Shown here: positions 10,990-20,425 of the stretch, one piece after another
Layout: every line of letters begins with the position of its first letter
Numbering within the stretch: position 1 is the first letter of the stretch
Assembly: GCA_963725865.1 (NCBI GenBank)
Contig: CAVSAC010000014.1
Span: 160,001-224,000 of the forward strand
Reading direction: 5' to 3'
DNA: 64,000 nucleotides
Origin: Candidatus Eiseniibacteriota bacterium
GTDB lineage: Bacteria > Eisenbacteria > RBG-16-71-46
The notes under the pieces: generated by a model
What the model saw: only the letters and a program-made list of their open reading frames with translations
Told to the model about the DNA's origin: nothing
Database searches by the model: none
Position numbers and translations under genes: made by a program

Positions 10990-11141
10990 TCGTGATGCCC
11001 GAGCCCGGCTTAGGATCCACGCGAGGTGCGGAGCGGGCCTACCGCGTGTATCGGCACGAACCCGCTCGCTCCTGAACCCGCTCGTGCGAGCGCGCGAGCG
11101 GCCGCGCGGCGCGCGGGTGGGAGGCGGCTCGGCCGTCCGCC

Positions 11142-11633
11142 CTACTCCCCCGCGTCCTCCATCGCCACCAGCGCCGCGCCGCCGGCGACCATCTGGCCGA
11201 CGATGGCGTTCACGCGGGCGATGCGGCCATCGCGCGGGGCGCGGATCGCGTGCTCCATCTTCATCGCCTCGATCGCGACCAGCGGCTGGCCCTTCTTCAC
11301 CTCGTCGCCGGCGGCCACCAGCACCTTGGTGACCACGCCCGGCATCGGCGCCTCGAGCCCGCCCGTCTGCGCGCCACCGCGCCGCGCGCGGCCGGCCTCG
11401 CGATCGAGCACGAAGTCGAGCGTGCCGATGCGCACGAAGCGGCGGTTGCCGCTCGGCGTGACCTCGGCGATGGTCACGCCCTCGGGCGTGACGAGGCGCA
11501 GGCGCCCGCCGTCGAGCGGCTCGGCGGTCAGGTCCAGCTCGGCGTCGTCGACGCGCACGCGGTAGCGGCCGCCGCCCTCGGGGCTGACCTCGACCTCGCG
11601 CGTGCGCGCGCCGTCGCGATAGAGCGCGCGCAT
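11142..11633 (-). CDS. Biotin carboxyl carrier (biotinyl domain) subunit
   Basis: LEAPMPGVV...EAMKMEH biotinylation motif; TGATG overlap with the upstream gene. Confidence 0.9.
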   Translation of the reverse strand: MRALYRDGARTREVEVSPEGGGRYRVRVDDAELDLTAEPLDGGRLRLVTPEGVTIAEVTPSGNRRFVRIGTLDFVLDREAGRARRGGAQTGGLEAPMPGVVTKVLVAAGDEVKKGQPLVAIEAMKMEHAIRAPRDGRIARVNAIVGQMVAGGAALVAMEDAGE

Positions 11634-13147
11634 CACTCGAGCCCCGGGTGGCGCCAGCGGCCGAGGGCCGCGAACGCGTTCGCCGCCGGCGCGGTGGCGG
11701 CACCCGCCGCGCGCCCGGCCGCCTCCACGCGCGCGAGCCCGAGCAGCTCGGCGAGCGCCACGGCGGCCACCGCCAGATCGGGCACCGGCGCGGTGGCGAG
11801 CGCGGTGAAGCCGTCGAGGAACTCGCGCTCGATCCACTCGGTGTCGACCGCCCCGCGCTGCACGGCTTCGCTCCTGACGAGCGCGCGCAGGAACGGCAGG
11901 TTGGTGATCACGCCGTGCACGCGCGCGTCGTCGAGCGCCCCGGTCAGCCGCGACAGCGCGAGCGTGCGGTCGGGACCGTAGGCGATGATCTTCGCGAGCA
12001 TCGGGTCGTAGTGCACGGTGACGGAGTCGCCGGCCTCGACGCCGCGGTCCACGCGCAGGAACGCGCCGTGCGGCCAGCGCAGCCGCACGATCTCGCCCGA
12101 CTGCGGCAGGAACCCGTGCGCGGGATCCTCGGCGTAGACCCGCGCCTCGAACGCGTGCCCGTGGTAGCGGATGGCGTCCTGGGCCCACGGCAGTCGGCCG
12201 GTCGAGGCGACCAGGATCTGCGAGCGCACCAGGTCGATCCCGGTCACCAGCTCGGTGACCGGGTGCTCGACCTGCAGGCGCGTGTTCATCTCGAGGAAGT
12301 AGTACTTGCCGCGCGCGTCGACCAGGAACTCGCAGGTGCCGGCGCCGCGGTAGCGCACCGCTTCGGCGAGCGCCACCGCCGAGGTCGTGAGCCGCCCGCG
12401 CAGCTCGGCGTCGATCACCGGTGAGGGACTCTCCTCGATCACCTTCTGGTGGCGCCGCTGCAGCGAGCACTCGCGCTCGAACAGGTGTACCGCGTGGCCG
12501 CGGCCGTCGCCCAGCACCTGCACCTCGACGTGGCGCGGGCGCTCGATCAACTTCTCGATGTACACGGTGCCGTCGCCGAACGCCGCCGCCGCCACCCGCC
12601 GCGCGCTCTCGACCGCCTCGGCCAGCTCGGCGGCGTCGTTCACGGCACGCATGCCCTTGCCGCCGCCGCCCATCGCGGCCTTCACCATCACCGGCCAGCC
12701 CATCGAGGCGGCCGCACGCGTCAGCGCGTCGAGGTCGGCGCCCTCCGCGCCGGGCACCACGGGCACGCCGGACTCCTGCGCCAGCCGGCGCGCCGCGCGC
12801 TTGTCGCCCATCGCCCGGATCTGGTCGGCCGTGGGGCCGATGAAGTGGAGCCCCGCGCGCTCCACGGCGGCGGAGAAGTCGGCGTTCTCGGACAGGAAGC
12901 CGTAGCCCGGATGCACGGCGTCGGCGCCGCTCTTGCGCGCGGCCTCGATCAAAGCGTCGGCGTTCAGGTACGAGGCCCGCGGCTCCGCCGGGCCGATCGC
13001 GTACGCCTCGTCGGCCATGCGGGTGTGGAGCGCGCCCTGGTCGGCCTCGGAGTACACCGCGACCGAGCGCATGCCCAGCTCGTGCAGGCTGGAGGCGATG
13101 CGGCAGGCGATCTCGCCGCGGTTGGCGATCAGGACCTTGCGGAACAT
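11633..13147 (-). CDS. Biotin carboxylase subunit of an acyl-CoA (probably methylcrotonyl-CoA) carboxylase
   Basis: MFRKVLIANRGEIACR, HPGYGFLSEN, GGGGKGMR, ERECSLQRRHQK, EMNTRLQVEHPVTE. Confidence 0.93.
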   Translation of the reverse strand: MFRKVLIANRGEIACRIASSLHELGMRSVAVYSEADQGALHTRMADEAYAIGPAEPRASYLNADALIEAARKSGADAVHPGYGFLSENADFSAAVERAGLHFIGPTADQIRAMGDKRAARRLAQESGVPVVPGAEGADLDALTRAAASMGWPVMVKAAMGGGGKGMRAVNDAAELAEAVESARRVAAAAFGDGTVYIEKLIERPRHVEVQVLGDGRGHAVHLFERECSLQRRHQKVIEESPSPVIDAELRGRLTTSAVALAEAVRYRGAGTCEFLVDARGKYYFLEMNTRLQVEHPVTELVTGIDLVRSQILVASTGRLPWAQDAIRYHGHAFEARVYAEDPAHGFLPQSGEIVRLRWPHGAFLRVDRGVEAGDSVTVHYDPMLAKIIAYGPDRTLALSRLTGALDDARVHGVITNLPFLRALVRSEAVQRGAVDTEWIEREFLDGFTALATAPVPDLAVAAVALAELLGLARVEAAGRAAGAATAPAANAFAALGRWRHPGLE

Positions 13148-13219
13148 GGCTCCTCGGGGTGGACGGCGCGCGACCGGGCGGGAACATACGGCATCGGGCC
13201 GCGGGCCGGCGAGGATTCT

Positions 13220-13312
13220 CCTGTCGCGGGGCTCGAGCCCGGGCTCTACTTCGCCCGGCTGCGGGTGGACGGCGAGCCGGTCGGCAGCGTGAGGGTCACC
13301 GTGGTGCGCTGA
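13220..13312 (+). pseudogene. Orphan fragment of a T9SS/FlgD-like C-terminal domain
   Basis: GLEPGLYFARLRVDGEPVGSVRVTVVR* resembles the ends of the CTDs at 5410, 45001 and 46474; no cognate upstream gene. Confidence 0.6.
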
Positions 13313-15599
13313 GTCGCGCGGCCGCGCGCCCGCCGCGGCGCGCGGTGGCGCCTTCGTCCTCGTGCGCGAGGATCGCCGCGTACGCCGCCTCCAGATCGGG
13401 CGGCATGCCGCGCGCGCCGACTGCCGCGCGGGTGCGCTCGACCAGCCGGCGTGCGTCGTCCCAGTCGTCCATGCGCTCCGCCGCGGTCGCGCCGGTCAGG
13501 CACGCCGTCACCGATTCGGGCACCATCCACAGCACCGCGCGCGCCAGCTCGCGCGCCGCCGACCAGCGGCCCTGCACCAGCAGCTCCAGCGCGAGGCGCT
13601 CGGCGAATCCCCGATAGCGATCGTCGAACAGCGAGCGCAGGCTCGCGACCCATGGGGTGGGCTCGCCGCGCGCGTCCACCGGGGCGCGCTGACCGCGCGC
13701 CGCGGGCGGCAGCAGCGAGTCGAGCCGCGCGACGTAGGACGCCGGCACCGCCTCGGTCCACCACCACGGCGGCAGCGGACCGCGCGCGTCGATCGCCGCG
13801 CGCGTGCGGTCGGTCACCCGGTACACGATCAGCGTGGGCCCGGCCCGTACCCCGTGCGGCTCCACCCGCAGCGCGACGCTCGCGGTGGAATCCAGCAACG
13901 CGTACAGCGCGAGCGGCGCGCGGTAGCGCTCGGGCAGCGCCTCGAAGCGCCCGCGCACCGCGCTGCTGGTGACGACCAGGTCGACTCCCGCGAACAGCCG
14001 CGGATCGTAGACCTGCGCGTTGAGGTCGCCGACCTGCTCCACGATCGGCACCGCGACGCGGCGGCCGTCCAGCGTGCGCACCGAGACCGTCCGCCCGCCC
14101 ACCACCGTCAGCGGCAGCTCGACGCTCGCGAACCACGGCCGCGCCTCGTAGTCACGCCGCACGGCGGGCCGCGCGGCGGCGAACGCCGGCGTGGCGCGCA
14201 TGCGCAGCGCGGAAGCGCGATCGAGCAGTGGAGCCGCGTACAGCTCCTGCACCACCACCTGGTCGGTCCCGACGTTGCGCTCCATCCACCGCCGCACCGC
14301 GATGCGGGTGGCGTCCTCGTCGGTGCGCGCCGCCCGCACGCCCGCCCCCAGCGCCGGGAGCGTGAGCGCCGCCACCACCACGACCGCGGCAGGCCGGCGC
14401 CACGCGGGTGCCAGCCGCGCGATCAGCCCCAGCGCGGCATCGGCGATCAACAGCGCCACGAGCGGCAGGATCGGCACCAGGTAGCGCTCCGCCTCGACGC
14501 GCGCGAAGGCCGCCGGCAGGCCGAGGACGGCGATCGTGAGCCACAGCAGCAGCCGCGGCGTGGCGACCCGGCCGTCCGGCTCCGCGCTCGCGGCCGAGCG
14601 GGGGCCGCGCGGCGCCAGTGCGAGCAGCACCAGCGAGGCGCCCAGCAGCGCGATGCCGAGCAGCCCGACCGACGAGCGGAGCCGCTCGTAGAGGAACGGC
14701 AGCCCGATGCGCTGGTAGTTGCCGAGATGGCCCTCGGCGGCGAGGCCGCGCAGGAACCTCAGCGCGCCCAGGAACGCGGGCGCATCGAGCAGCGCGAACG
14801 GCGTGGTGGCGAGGAACACCGCGCCCGCCAGCGCCGCGGCGCCGAGCCACGCGCCGAGCGCGCGCGGACCGCCGCGCGTCCACGCGGCCACCAGCAGCGG
14901 CAGCAACAGCGCCGCCCCCGGATACTTGCTGCCGGCCGCGAGCCCGATCAGCATCGCGGCCGCGATCAATCGCCCGCGGCCGCCGCGCGCCTGCCAGGCG
15001 AGCGTGCGCTCGAGCGCCGCGACCACGAACGTCGCGAGGAAGGTGTCGCTGTGCAGCGAGCCCGCGCTCGCGATCAGGATCGGCGAGCACGCGGTCAGCA
15101 GCGCGGCGAGCACGCCGGCCCCGGCGCGCATCCGCGCCCCCAGCGCCAGCACCGCGCCGACGGTGAGCAGGTCGAACGCCGCGGTCAGCGTGCGCGCGGG
15201 AATCACCATCGGCGACGGGTCGGTGGCGAAGCGCACCAGGTAGTCGGCGGCGCTCCCGAGGCCGCCCGTCCACTGCCCGACCATCAGCTGCAGGCGCTGG
15301 AGCGCGAAGTTCAGGTAGAGCGTGAGCGAGGGGTAGTGGAAGAAGTGCGGGTTCCAGTCGATCGCGCCGTCGGGCCGGTCCCACATGCGCAGCGCGAAGC
15401 GGAACGGGATCGCCTCGTCGAGGAACTCCGGCAGCCCGCGTCGCAGCCCCCACAGGCGCAGCAGCAGCGCGAGCACCAGGACCGCCAGCGCGGCCGCGCG
15501 CCAGGCCGCAGCCTCGCCGCGCGCGGATCCCGCGGGGGGCGCCCGTGGGGTACGCCGGGAGCGCGCATCGCGCGCCGCGTCGGAGTCCGGGGTCGGCAT
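13296..15599 (-). CDS. GT-C fold (ArnT/PMT, GT39-like) glycosyltransferase with helical C-terminal domain
   Basis: LRLWG..FLDEAIP, WNPHFFHYPSL, SKYPG, ERYLVPILP; many TM segments. Confidence 0.8.
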   Translation of the reverse strand: MPTPDSDAARDARSRRTPRAPPAGSARGEAAAWRAAALAVLVLALLLRLWGLRRGLPEFLDEAIPFRFALRMWDRPDGAIDWNPHFFHYPSLTLYLNFALQRLQLMVGQWTGGLGSAADYLVRFATDPSPMVIPARTLTAAFDLLTVGAVLALGARMRAGAGVLAALLTACSPILIASAGSLHSDTFLATFVVAALERTLAWQARGGRGRLIAAAMLIGLAAGSKYPGAALLLPLLVAAWTRGGPRALGAWLGAAALAGAVFLATTPFALLDAPAFLGALRFLRGLAAEGHLGNYQRIGLPFLYERLRSSVGLLGIALLGASLVLLALAPRGPRSAASAEPDGRVATPRLLLWLTIAVLGLPAAFARVEAERYLVPILPLVALLIADAALGLIARLAPAWRRPAAVVVVAALTLPALGAGVRAARTDEDATRIAVRRWMERNVGTDQVVVQELYAAPLLDRASALRMRATPAFAAARPAVRRDYEARPWFASVELPLTVVGGRTVSVRTLDGRRVAVPIVEQVGDLNAQVYDPRLFAGVDLVVTSSAVRGRFEALPERYRAPLALYALLDSTASVALRVEPHGVRAGPTLIVYRVTDRTRAAIDARGPLPPWWWTEAVPASYVARLDSLLPPAARGQRAPVDARGEPTPWVASLRSLFDDRYRGFAERLALELLVQGRWSAARELARAVLWMVPESVTACLTGATAAERMDDWDDARRLVERTRAAVGARGMPPDLEAAYAAILAHEDEGATARRGGRAAARLSAPR

Positions 15600-15723
15600 C
15601 GCGGGGCACGATAGACCATCGTCGCCCGCGCTGCTCGCGGGCGACGGATCGGCGCTCGTGCGCCGCGGCGCGCCGCACCGCGCGAGCGCGCCCCCGCGGC
15701 CGCCTCCCGCCGCGGGCCGCGGC

Positions 15724-18078
15724 TCAGCGCGGGCGCCCGAGCGCCCGCGCGGCTCGCGCGGCGATCGCCGGGTCGGGATCCACGCTCGCCAGCTCGAGCT
15801 CGTCCCGCGCGCGGGCGGAATCGCCGAGCTGCAGCAGGATGCCGGCGCGCTGCAGGCGCACCAGGCCCGGCACCGCGCCGCCGCCGCCGAGGGCGCGCTC
15901 GACCCGCTCGAGCGCGCGCAGCGCGTCGCCCCACTCGCCCACCTGGATCGAGGCGTCCACGTAGGTGAGCGCCGCGACGACGTCGTCGGGCTGCATGGTG
16001 GCGACCGCCGCCGCCAGCTGCCGGGCCGGGAGCGGCCGCCCGCGCTCCATCAGCTCCATCGAGAGCCACTGGGCGAACGAGGCGTAGCGCTCGGTGAACA
16101 GCCCGCGCAGGCTCTGCACCCACTCCCGCGGCTCGCCGTCGAGGTCGACGAGCGCGCCGCCGCCGCGCCGCTCGGGCGGCAGCAGCGCCTGCTCGTAGGC
16201 CACCCGGTAGCCGGGCGAGAGGCGCTCGGTCCACCACAGCGGCGGCAGCGGACCGTGCGCGGCCACCGCCGCGCGCGCGCGCTCCCCCATCCGGTAGACC
16301 GTCAGTCGCGGCCCGCGCGAGCCGTCGGCGGTGCCGAACCGCGCCGCGACTTCGGCCGCGGAGTCGAGCAGCGCGTAGAGCTGCAGCGGAACCGGATAGC
16401 GCGCGGCGTCGGCCTCGAAGCGCCCGCGCACCGCGCTGCTCGTCACCACGAAGTCGACGCCGTCGAGCAGGCGCGGGTCGTACACCGCCTGGTTGAGGTC
16501 GGCCGGATGCGGGACCACCGTGAGCGTGACCGGCGGGCCGCCGCGCGGCTGCACCGTGGTGCTCGTGGTGCCCACCACTGCCAGCGGGATGGACACCGCG
16601 GCAAGCTGCGGGCGCGCCTCGTAGGCCTGCCGCACGCCGCTGCTGCCGGCCTGGAACACCGCGCTCGCGCGCAGCTCGGCGGCACGCACGCGCTCCATCA
16701 CCGGCGCGGCGTAGCCCTCCTGCAGCAGCAGGTCGTGCGGGCCCAGGTGGCGCTCGAGCCAGCGCCGCGCCTCGATGCGCGAGGCATAGGGATCGCGCCC
16801 GGCCGCTCGGAGCCCGGCGCCGAGCACCGGCACCACCAGCAGCGCACCGAGCCCGACCGTCGCGAACGAGCGCGCGCGCCCGCGCGCGAGCGCCGCCAGG
16901 CCGAGCGCACCATCGGCTGCCAGCAGCGCGACGAACGGCAGCACCGGCACCAGGTAGCGCTCGGCCTCCACGCGCGCGACCGCGATCGGCACGCCGAAGG
17001 CGAGCGCGCATGCCCACACCACCGCGCGGTCCGCGAGCGCGTGCTTCGACGGAGCGGGCGGCGCGCCGGCCGCGACCGCGGGGGGCAGCATCCGCACGCG
17101 CCGCTCGAGTGCCAGCAGCACCACGCCGGCCGCCACCATCGCGATCGTCATCAGCCCCAGATCGCGCACCAGGGTCCGCGCCTGGAACGCGAAGCCCGCG
17201 CGTTCGAGATCGCCGAAGTGCCCGCTCGCGGCGATGCCGCCCACGAACCCGAGGTCGCGCGCGAACGCCGCGCGATCGAGCAGCGCGAACGGCGTGGTGA
17301 GCAGGAACACCGCGGCGGCCCCCAGAACCGCGAGCGGCCAGCCCGCCAGCCCGCGCAGACCTTGGCGTTGCCCCATCACCATCGCGAGCGGCAGCAGCAG
17401 CGCCACGCCGGGGTACTTCGCCCCCGCCGCGAGTCCCACCAGCACCACCGCGATCGCGAGCCGCCACGCGCCTCCACGCGCCTGCCACGCCAGCATGCGC
17501 TCGACCGCCAGTACCGCGAGCGCCGCCATCACGGTGTCGGACTGGATCGTACGCGCGCTCTCGATCAGCGTGGGGGCGGCCGCCAGCATCAGCGCCGCGA
17601 GCAGGCCGGCGCCGCGCCGCAGCCGCTCGCCGATCAGCGCCGCGCCGCCGATCGCGAGCGCACCGAAGGCGATGCTCAGCACGCGCGCTGGAATCACCAT
17701 CGGCGTGGGATCGGTCTGGAACCCGATCACGTAGTCGGGGGCACCCGCGAACCAGCCGAGCGCGCGCCCGAGTGCCAGGTGGCCCTGCTGCAGCAGCAGG
17801 TGCAGGTAGAGCGTCAGCGAGGGGTAGTGGAAGAAGCGCGGGTTCCAGTCGATCGCGCCGGTCATCGGATCCCACATGCCGAGCGCTTTGCGGAACGGGA
17901 TCGCCTCGTCGAGGAAGTCGGGCAGGCCATGCCGCACGCCCCACAGGCGCAACGCGAGCGCGAACGCGACGACGAGCATCATCGCGAGGCGCACCCACGG
18001 CAGGCGGCCCGCGGCGGATACGGCCGGGGCGCGGGGTCGTTCGACGCGTCGGCGGGGGGCCGAGCCGGAACGCGACAT
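15724..18078 (-). CDS. GT-C fold glycosyltransferase, tandem paralogue of 13296-15599, with TPR-like tail
   Basis: Shared motifs FLDEAIP, DWNPRFFHYPSLTLYL, AKYPG, VYDPRL, GPLPPLWWTE. Confidence 0.8.
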   Translation of the reverse strand: MSRSGSAPRRRVERPRAPAVSAAGRLPWVRLAMMLVVAFALALRLWGVRHGLPDFLDEAIPFRKALGMWDPMTGAIDWNPRFFHYPSLTLYLHLLLQQGHLALGRALGWFAGAPDYVIGFQTDPTPMVIPARVLSIAFGALAIGGAALIGERLRRGAGLLAALMLAAAPTLIESARTIQSDTVMAALAVLAVERMLAWQARGGAWRLAIAVVLVGLAAGAKYPGVALLLPLAMVMGQRQGLRGLAGWPLAVLGAAAVFLLTTPFALLDRAAFARDLGFVGGIAASGHFGDLERAGFAFQARTLVRDLGLMTIAMVAAGVVLLALERRVRMLPPAVAAGAPPAPSKHALADRAVVWACALAFGVPIAVARVEAERYLVPVLPFVALLAADGALGLAALARGRARSFATVGLGALLVVPVLGAGLRAAGRDPYASRIEARRWLERHLGPHDLLLQEGYAAPVMERVRAAELRASAVFQAGSSGVRQAYEARPQLAAVSIPLAVVGTTSTTVQPRGGPPVTLTVVPHPADLNQAVYDPRLLDGVDFVVTSSAVRGRFEADAARYPVPLQLYALLDSAAEVAARFGTADGSRGPRLTVYRMGERARAAVAAHGPLPPLWWTERLSPGYRVAYEQALLPPERRGGGALVDLDGEPREWVQSLRGLFTERYASFAQWLSMELMERGRPLPARQLAAAVATMQPDDVVAALTYVDASIQVGEWGDALRALERVERALGGGGAVPGLVRLQRAGILLQLGDSARARDELELASVDPDPAIAARAARALGRPR

Positions 18079-18236
18079 GGGACCTCGGCGGCTGCGGCCT
18101 CCGCGCCTTCCCGCGAGATGGATGCGGGCGAGGCGAGCGACCAGTGCGGAGAGTCTAGACGACCCGAGTCCGCGTTCGTCGAGGAATCTGCGGCGTTCGG
18201 CGCCGGGCCGCGCCCGTCGCATGCTAGGCTCCCGGC

Positions 18237-18716
18237 ATGCTCCGACGGCTCTTTCGGCTCCTGCCGTACGCCGCGCTGGTCGCGGTCGCGGCGGTCGCCC
18301 ACGCCCGCACCGCACCGGCCCCGCCGCCGCACGCCCCGCGCACGTTCACCTGAGCGGACGTCCGGGTCCCGTCGGGACCCGTGGTGGACGCCGAGTTCGC
18401 GCTGTTCCACATGCAGCGCGTGCTCTGGGACCCGGTCGATCCCGAGCTGCTCGGCTCGCTGTCGCCGCAGCTGCACGCGACCGTGAACGGCGAGATCTAC
18501 CGTTTCGGCACCCGCGCGACGCTCGCGCGCTTCCAGGCCGCGCCCGCGCTCTACTGCGGGCTGCTGCGCGACGCGGTCAGCGGGCTGCGCTTCTGGCCCT
18601 CGACGCGCTCGCCGCGCGCCGAATGGAACGGCGGACCGTACCTGTTCGCGAGCGATTCGACGCGCGCGGAGTTCCTGCGCGAGCCGAAGCGCTACGAGGT
18701 GAAGCGCGGCGGCTGA
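18237..18716 (+). CDS. Exported tandem YHS-like domain protein with in-frame TGA at codon 39 (candidate selenoprotein)
   Basis: ATG 18237 gives signal peptide MLRRLFRLLPYAALVAVAAVAHA; TGA 18351-18353 is in frame with ORF 18381-18716; two YHS-like repeats (DPV..VNGEIYRF..LARF..P / DAVSG..WNGGPYLFAS..RAEFLREPKRY). Confidence 0.7.
18354..18393 (+). promoter_or_regulatory. Bacterial SECIS-like hairpin
   Basis: CGGGTCCC-GTC-GGGACCCG (18363-18381), loop beginning GU 17 nt after the TGA; lower pairing CGTC/GACG. Confidence 0.55.
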
Positions 18717-18733
18717 GGCGGCGCGGACTTTCG

Positions 18734-19510
18734 CTACGCCATCCAGCGCGGCTTGCGCTTCTCGAAGAACGCCGCGAGGCCGTCCTTCGCCTCGTCGCCC
18801 GCGCGCGCCTCGGCGAGCGCGCGCGGCAGCGCCGCGCGGTACTCGTCCCACCCGGCGTCCGACCACATCGCGAGCAGCCGCTTGATGCGCCGCTGCGCGG
18901 CGGGCCCGCCGGCGAGCAGCGCCTGCACGCGCTCGCCGACCGCCGCGTCCAGCTCGGCGGCCGGGACCACGCGGTTCACGAGCCCGATGCGCAGCGCGAC
19001 GTCGGGGCCGAAGCGCTCGCCGGTCATCATCAGCTCGCGGGCCGCGCGGTCGCCGAGGCGGCGCATCACGTAGGGGCTGATGATCCCGGGGATGATGCCG
19101 AGCCGCACCTCGGTCAGCCCGAAGCGCGCGTCGTCGCTCGCGACCGCGAGGTCGCAGCAGCACACGAATCCCACCCCGCCGCCGTACACCCCGCCCTGCA
19201 CCCGCGCCACCACCGGCTTGGGGAACTCGGCGAGGATCGCGAACATGCCGGCAAGCCGCTCGGCCTCCGTGAGGTTCTGGTCGAACGAGGCGTGGGCGCT
19301 CGCCTTCATCATGCCGAGGTCGGCGCCGGCGCAGAACGACGCGCCGCGCCCGCCCAGCACCACCACGCGCACCGCGTCGTCGTGCTCGAGCGCGTGCAGC
19401 GCCCCGACCAGCGAGACGCCCAGCTCGGGCGACAGCGCGTTGTGCTGCTCGGGACGGTTGAACCACAGGTGCGCGACGCCGCCGTCGCGTTCGGTCTCGA
19501 CCAGGGACAT
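18734..19510 (-). CDS. Enoyl-CoA hydratase family (methylglutaconyl-CoA hydratase-like)
   Basis: NRPEQHNALS, FCAGADL, GGGVG, FGLTEVRLGIIP, AFFEKRKP; close to MCC subunits. Confidence 0.88.
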   Translation of the reverse strand: MSLVETERDGGVAHLWFNRPEQHNALSPELGVSLVGALHALEHDDAVRVVVLGGRGASFCAGADLGMMKASAHASFDQNLTEAERLAGMFAILAEFPKPVVARVQGGVYGGGVGFVCCCDLAVASDDARFGLTEVRLGIIPGIISPYVMRRLGDRAARELMMTGERFGPDVALRIGLVNRVVPAAELDAAVGERVQALLAGGPAAQRRIKRLLAMWSDAGWDEYRAALPRALAEARAGDEAKDGLAAFFEKRKPRWMA

Positions 19511-19524
19511 GGGGACCTCCGGGG

Positions 19525-20394
19525 TCAGGCCAGCGCCAGTGCGATGACGCCGCTCGCGAACGCGGCGGCCGCGATCAGGCGCCGGCGACGGTCGCCTTCG
19601 CCGAGCACGTGGCCACCGAGGAATGCGCCGATCAGGATGCTCAGCTCGCGCGCGGGCGCGATGTGGCTGACGGGCCCCGCGCGGAACGCCAGCAGGATAA
19701 GGATGTACGAGAGGGGACTCAACAGCGCGATGCCGAGCACGCGCCCGCGCGGCCCACGCCACAGCGCGGCCACGCTCGCGCGGTCGGCGAGCGCCGCCGG
19801 CGTGAACAGCAGCACGCGCACCAGCTCGCCGCCCCAGTAGAACACCAGCGGATGCACGCCCGCGTGCTTCACCGACCAGCCGTCCCACAGCGTGTAGATC
19901 GCGATCAACACCCCGGTCGCGAGCCCGTAGCGCAGGCCCGGCGCCAGCTTCGCCGCCGCGGCCGGGTCCGGCCGCCACGTCAGCACCAGCACGCCCAGCG
20001 CGATCAGCACCGCGCCCCCCACGCTCAGCGCGGTCGGCCGCTCGCCCAGCCACGCGATCGCGCCGGCCGCCGCGAGCAGCGGCCCGGTGCCACGCGCGAC
20101 CGGATAGACCAGCGACAGGTCGCCGACGCGATAGCCGCGCAGCAGCAGCAGGAAGTAGACGATGTGGATCACGCCGCTGCCGAACATGACGCCGAGTGTC
20201 AGCGGCGTCGGCTGCCAGTGGGTCGCGATCGCGAGTCCGAGGGCGACCGGCGCGTAGGCGAGCGCCGAGAGCCCGGTGAGCACCCACATCAGCGGCCCGC
20301 TGCGCACGCCGGGGCCGATCTGCTTGGTCCACAGGTTCCAGGTGGCGTGCACGACGGCCGACGCGAGCACCAGGGCGAGCGTGGCGAGCGTCAT
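19525..20394 (-). CDS. EamA/DMT family transporter
   Basis: HATWNL, GDLSLVYPVARGTGP, APARELSI; about 10 TM segments. Confidence 0.88.
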   Translation of the reverse strand: MTLATLALVLASAVVHATWNLWTKQIGPGVRSGPLMWVLTGLSALAYAPVALGLAIATHWQPTPLTLGVMFGSGVIHIVYFLLLLRGYRVGDLSLVYPVARGTGPLLAAAGAIAWLGERPTALSVGGAVLIALGVLVLTWRPDPAAAAKLAPGLRYGLATGVLIAIYTLWDGWSVKHAGVHPLVFYWGGELVRVLLFTPAALADRASVAALWRGPRGRVLGIALLSPLSYILILLAFRAGPVSHIAPARELSILIGAFLGGHVLGEGDRRRRLIAAAAFASGVIALALA

Positions 20395-20425
20395 CGGGTG
20401 GCCGCGCCGGCGCGCGCGCGCGGCC

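Noticed and set aside
15385..18486. Very long Arg/Ala/Pro-rich ORFs on opposite strands or alternate frames (e.g. 15385-18486, 54456-57902, 6444-9116)
   Set aside because: Shadow ORFs expected at this GC content; they overlap well-supported genes and have no recognisable motifs
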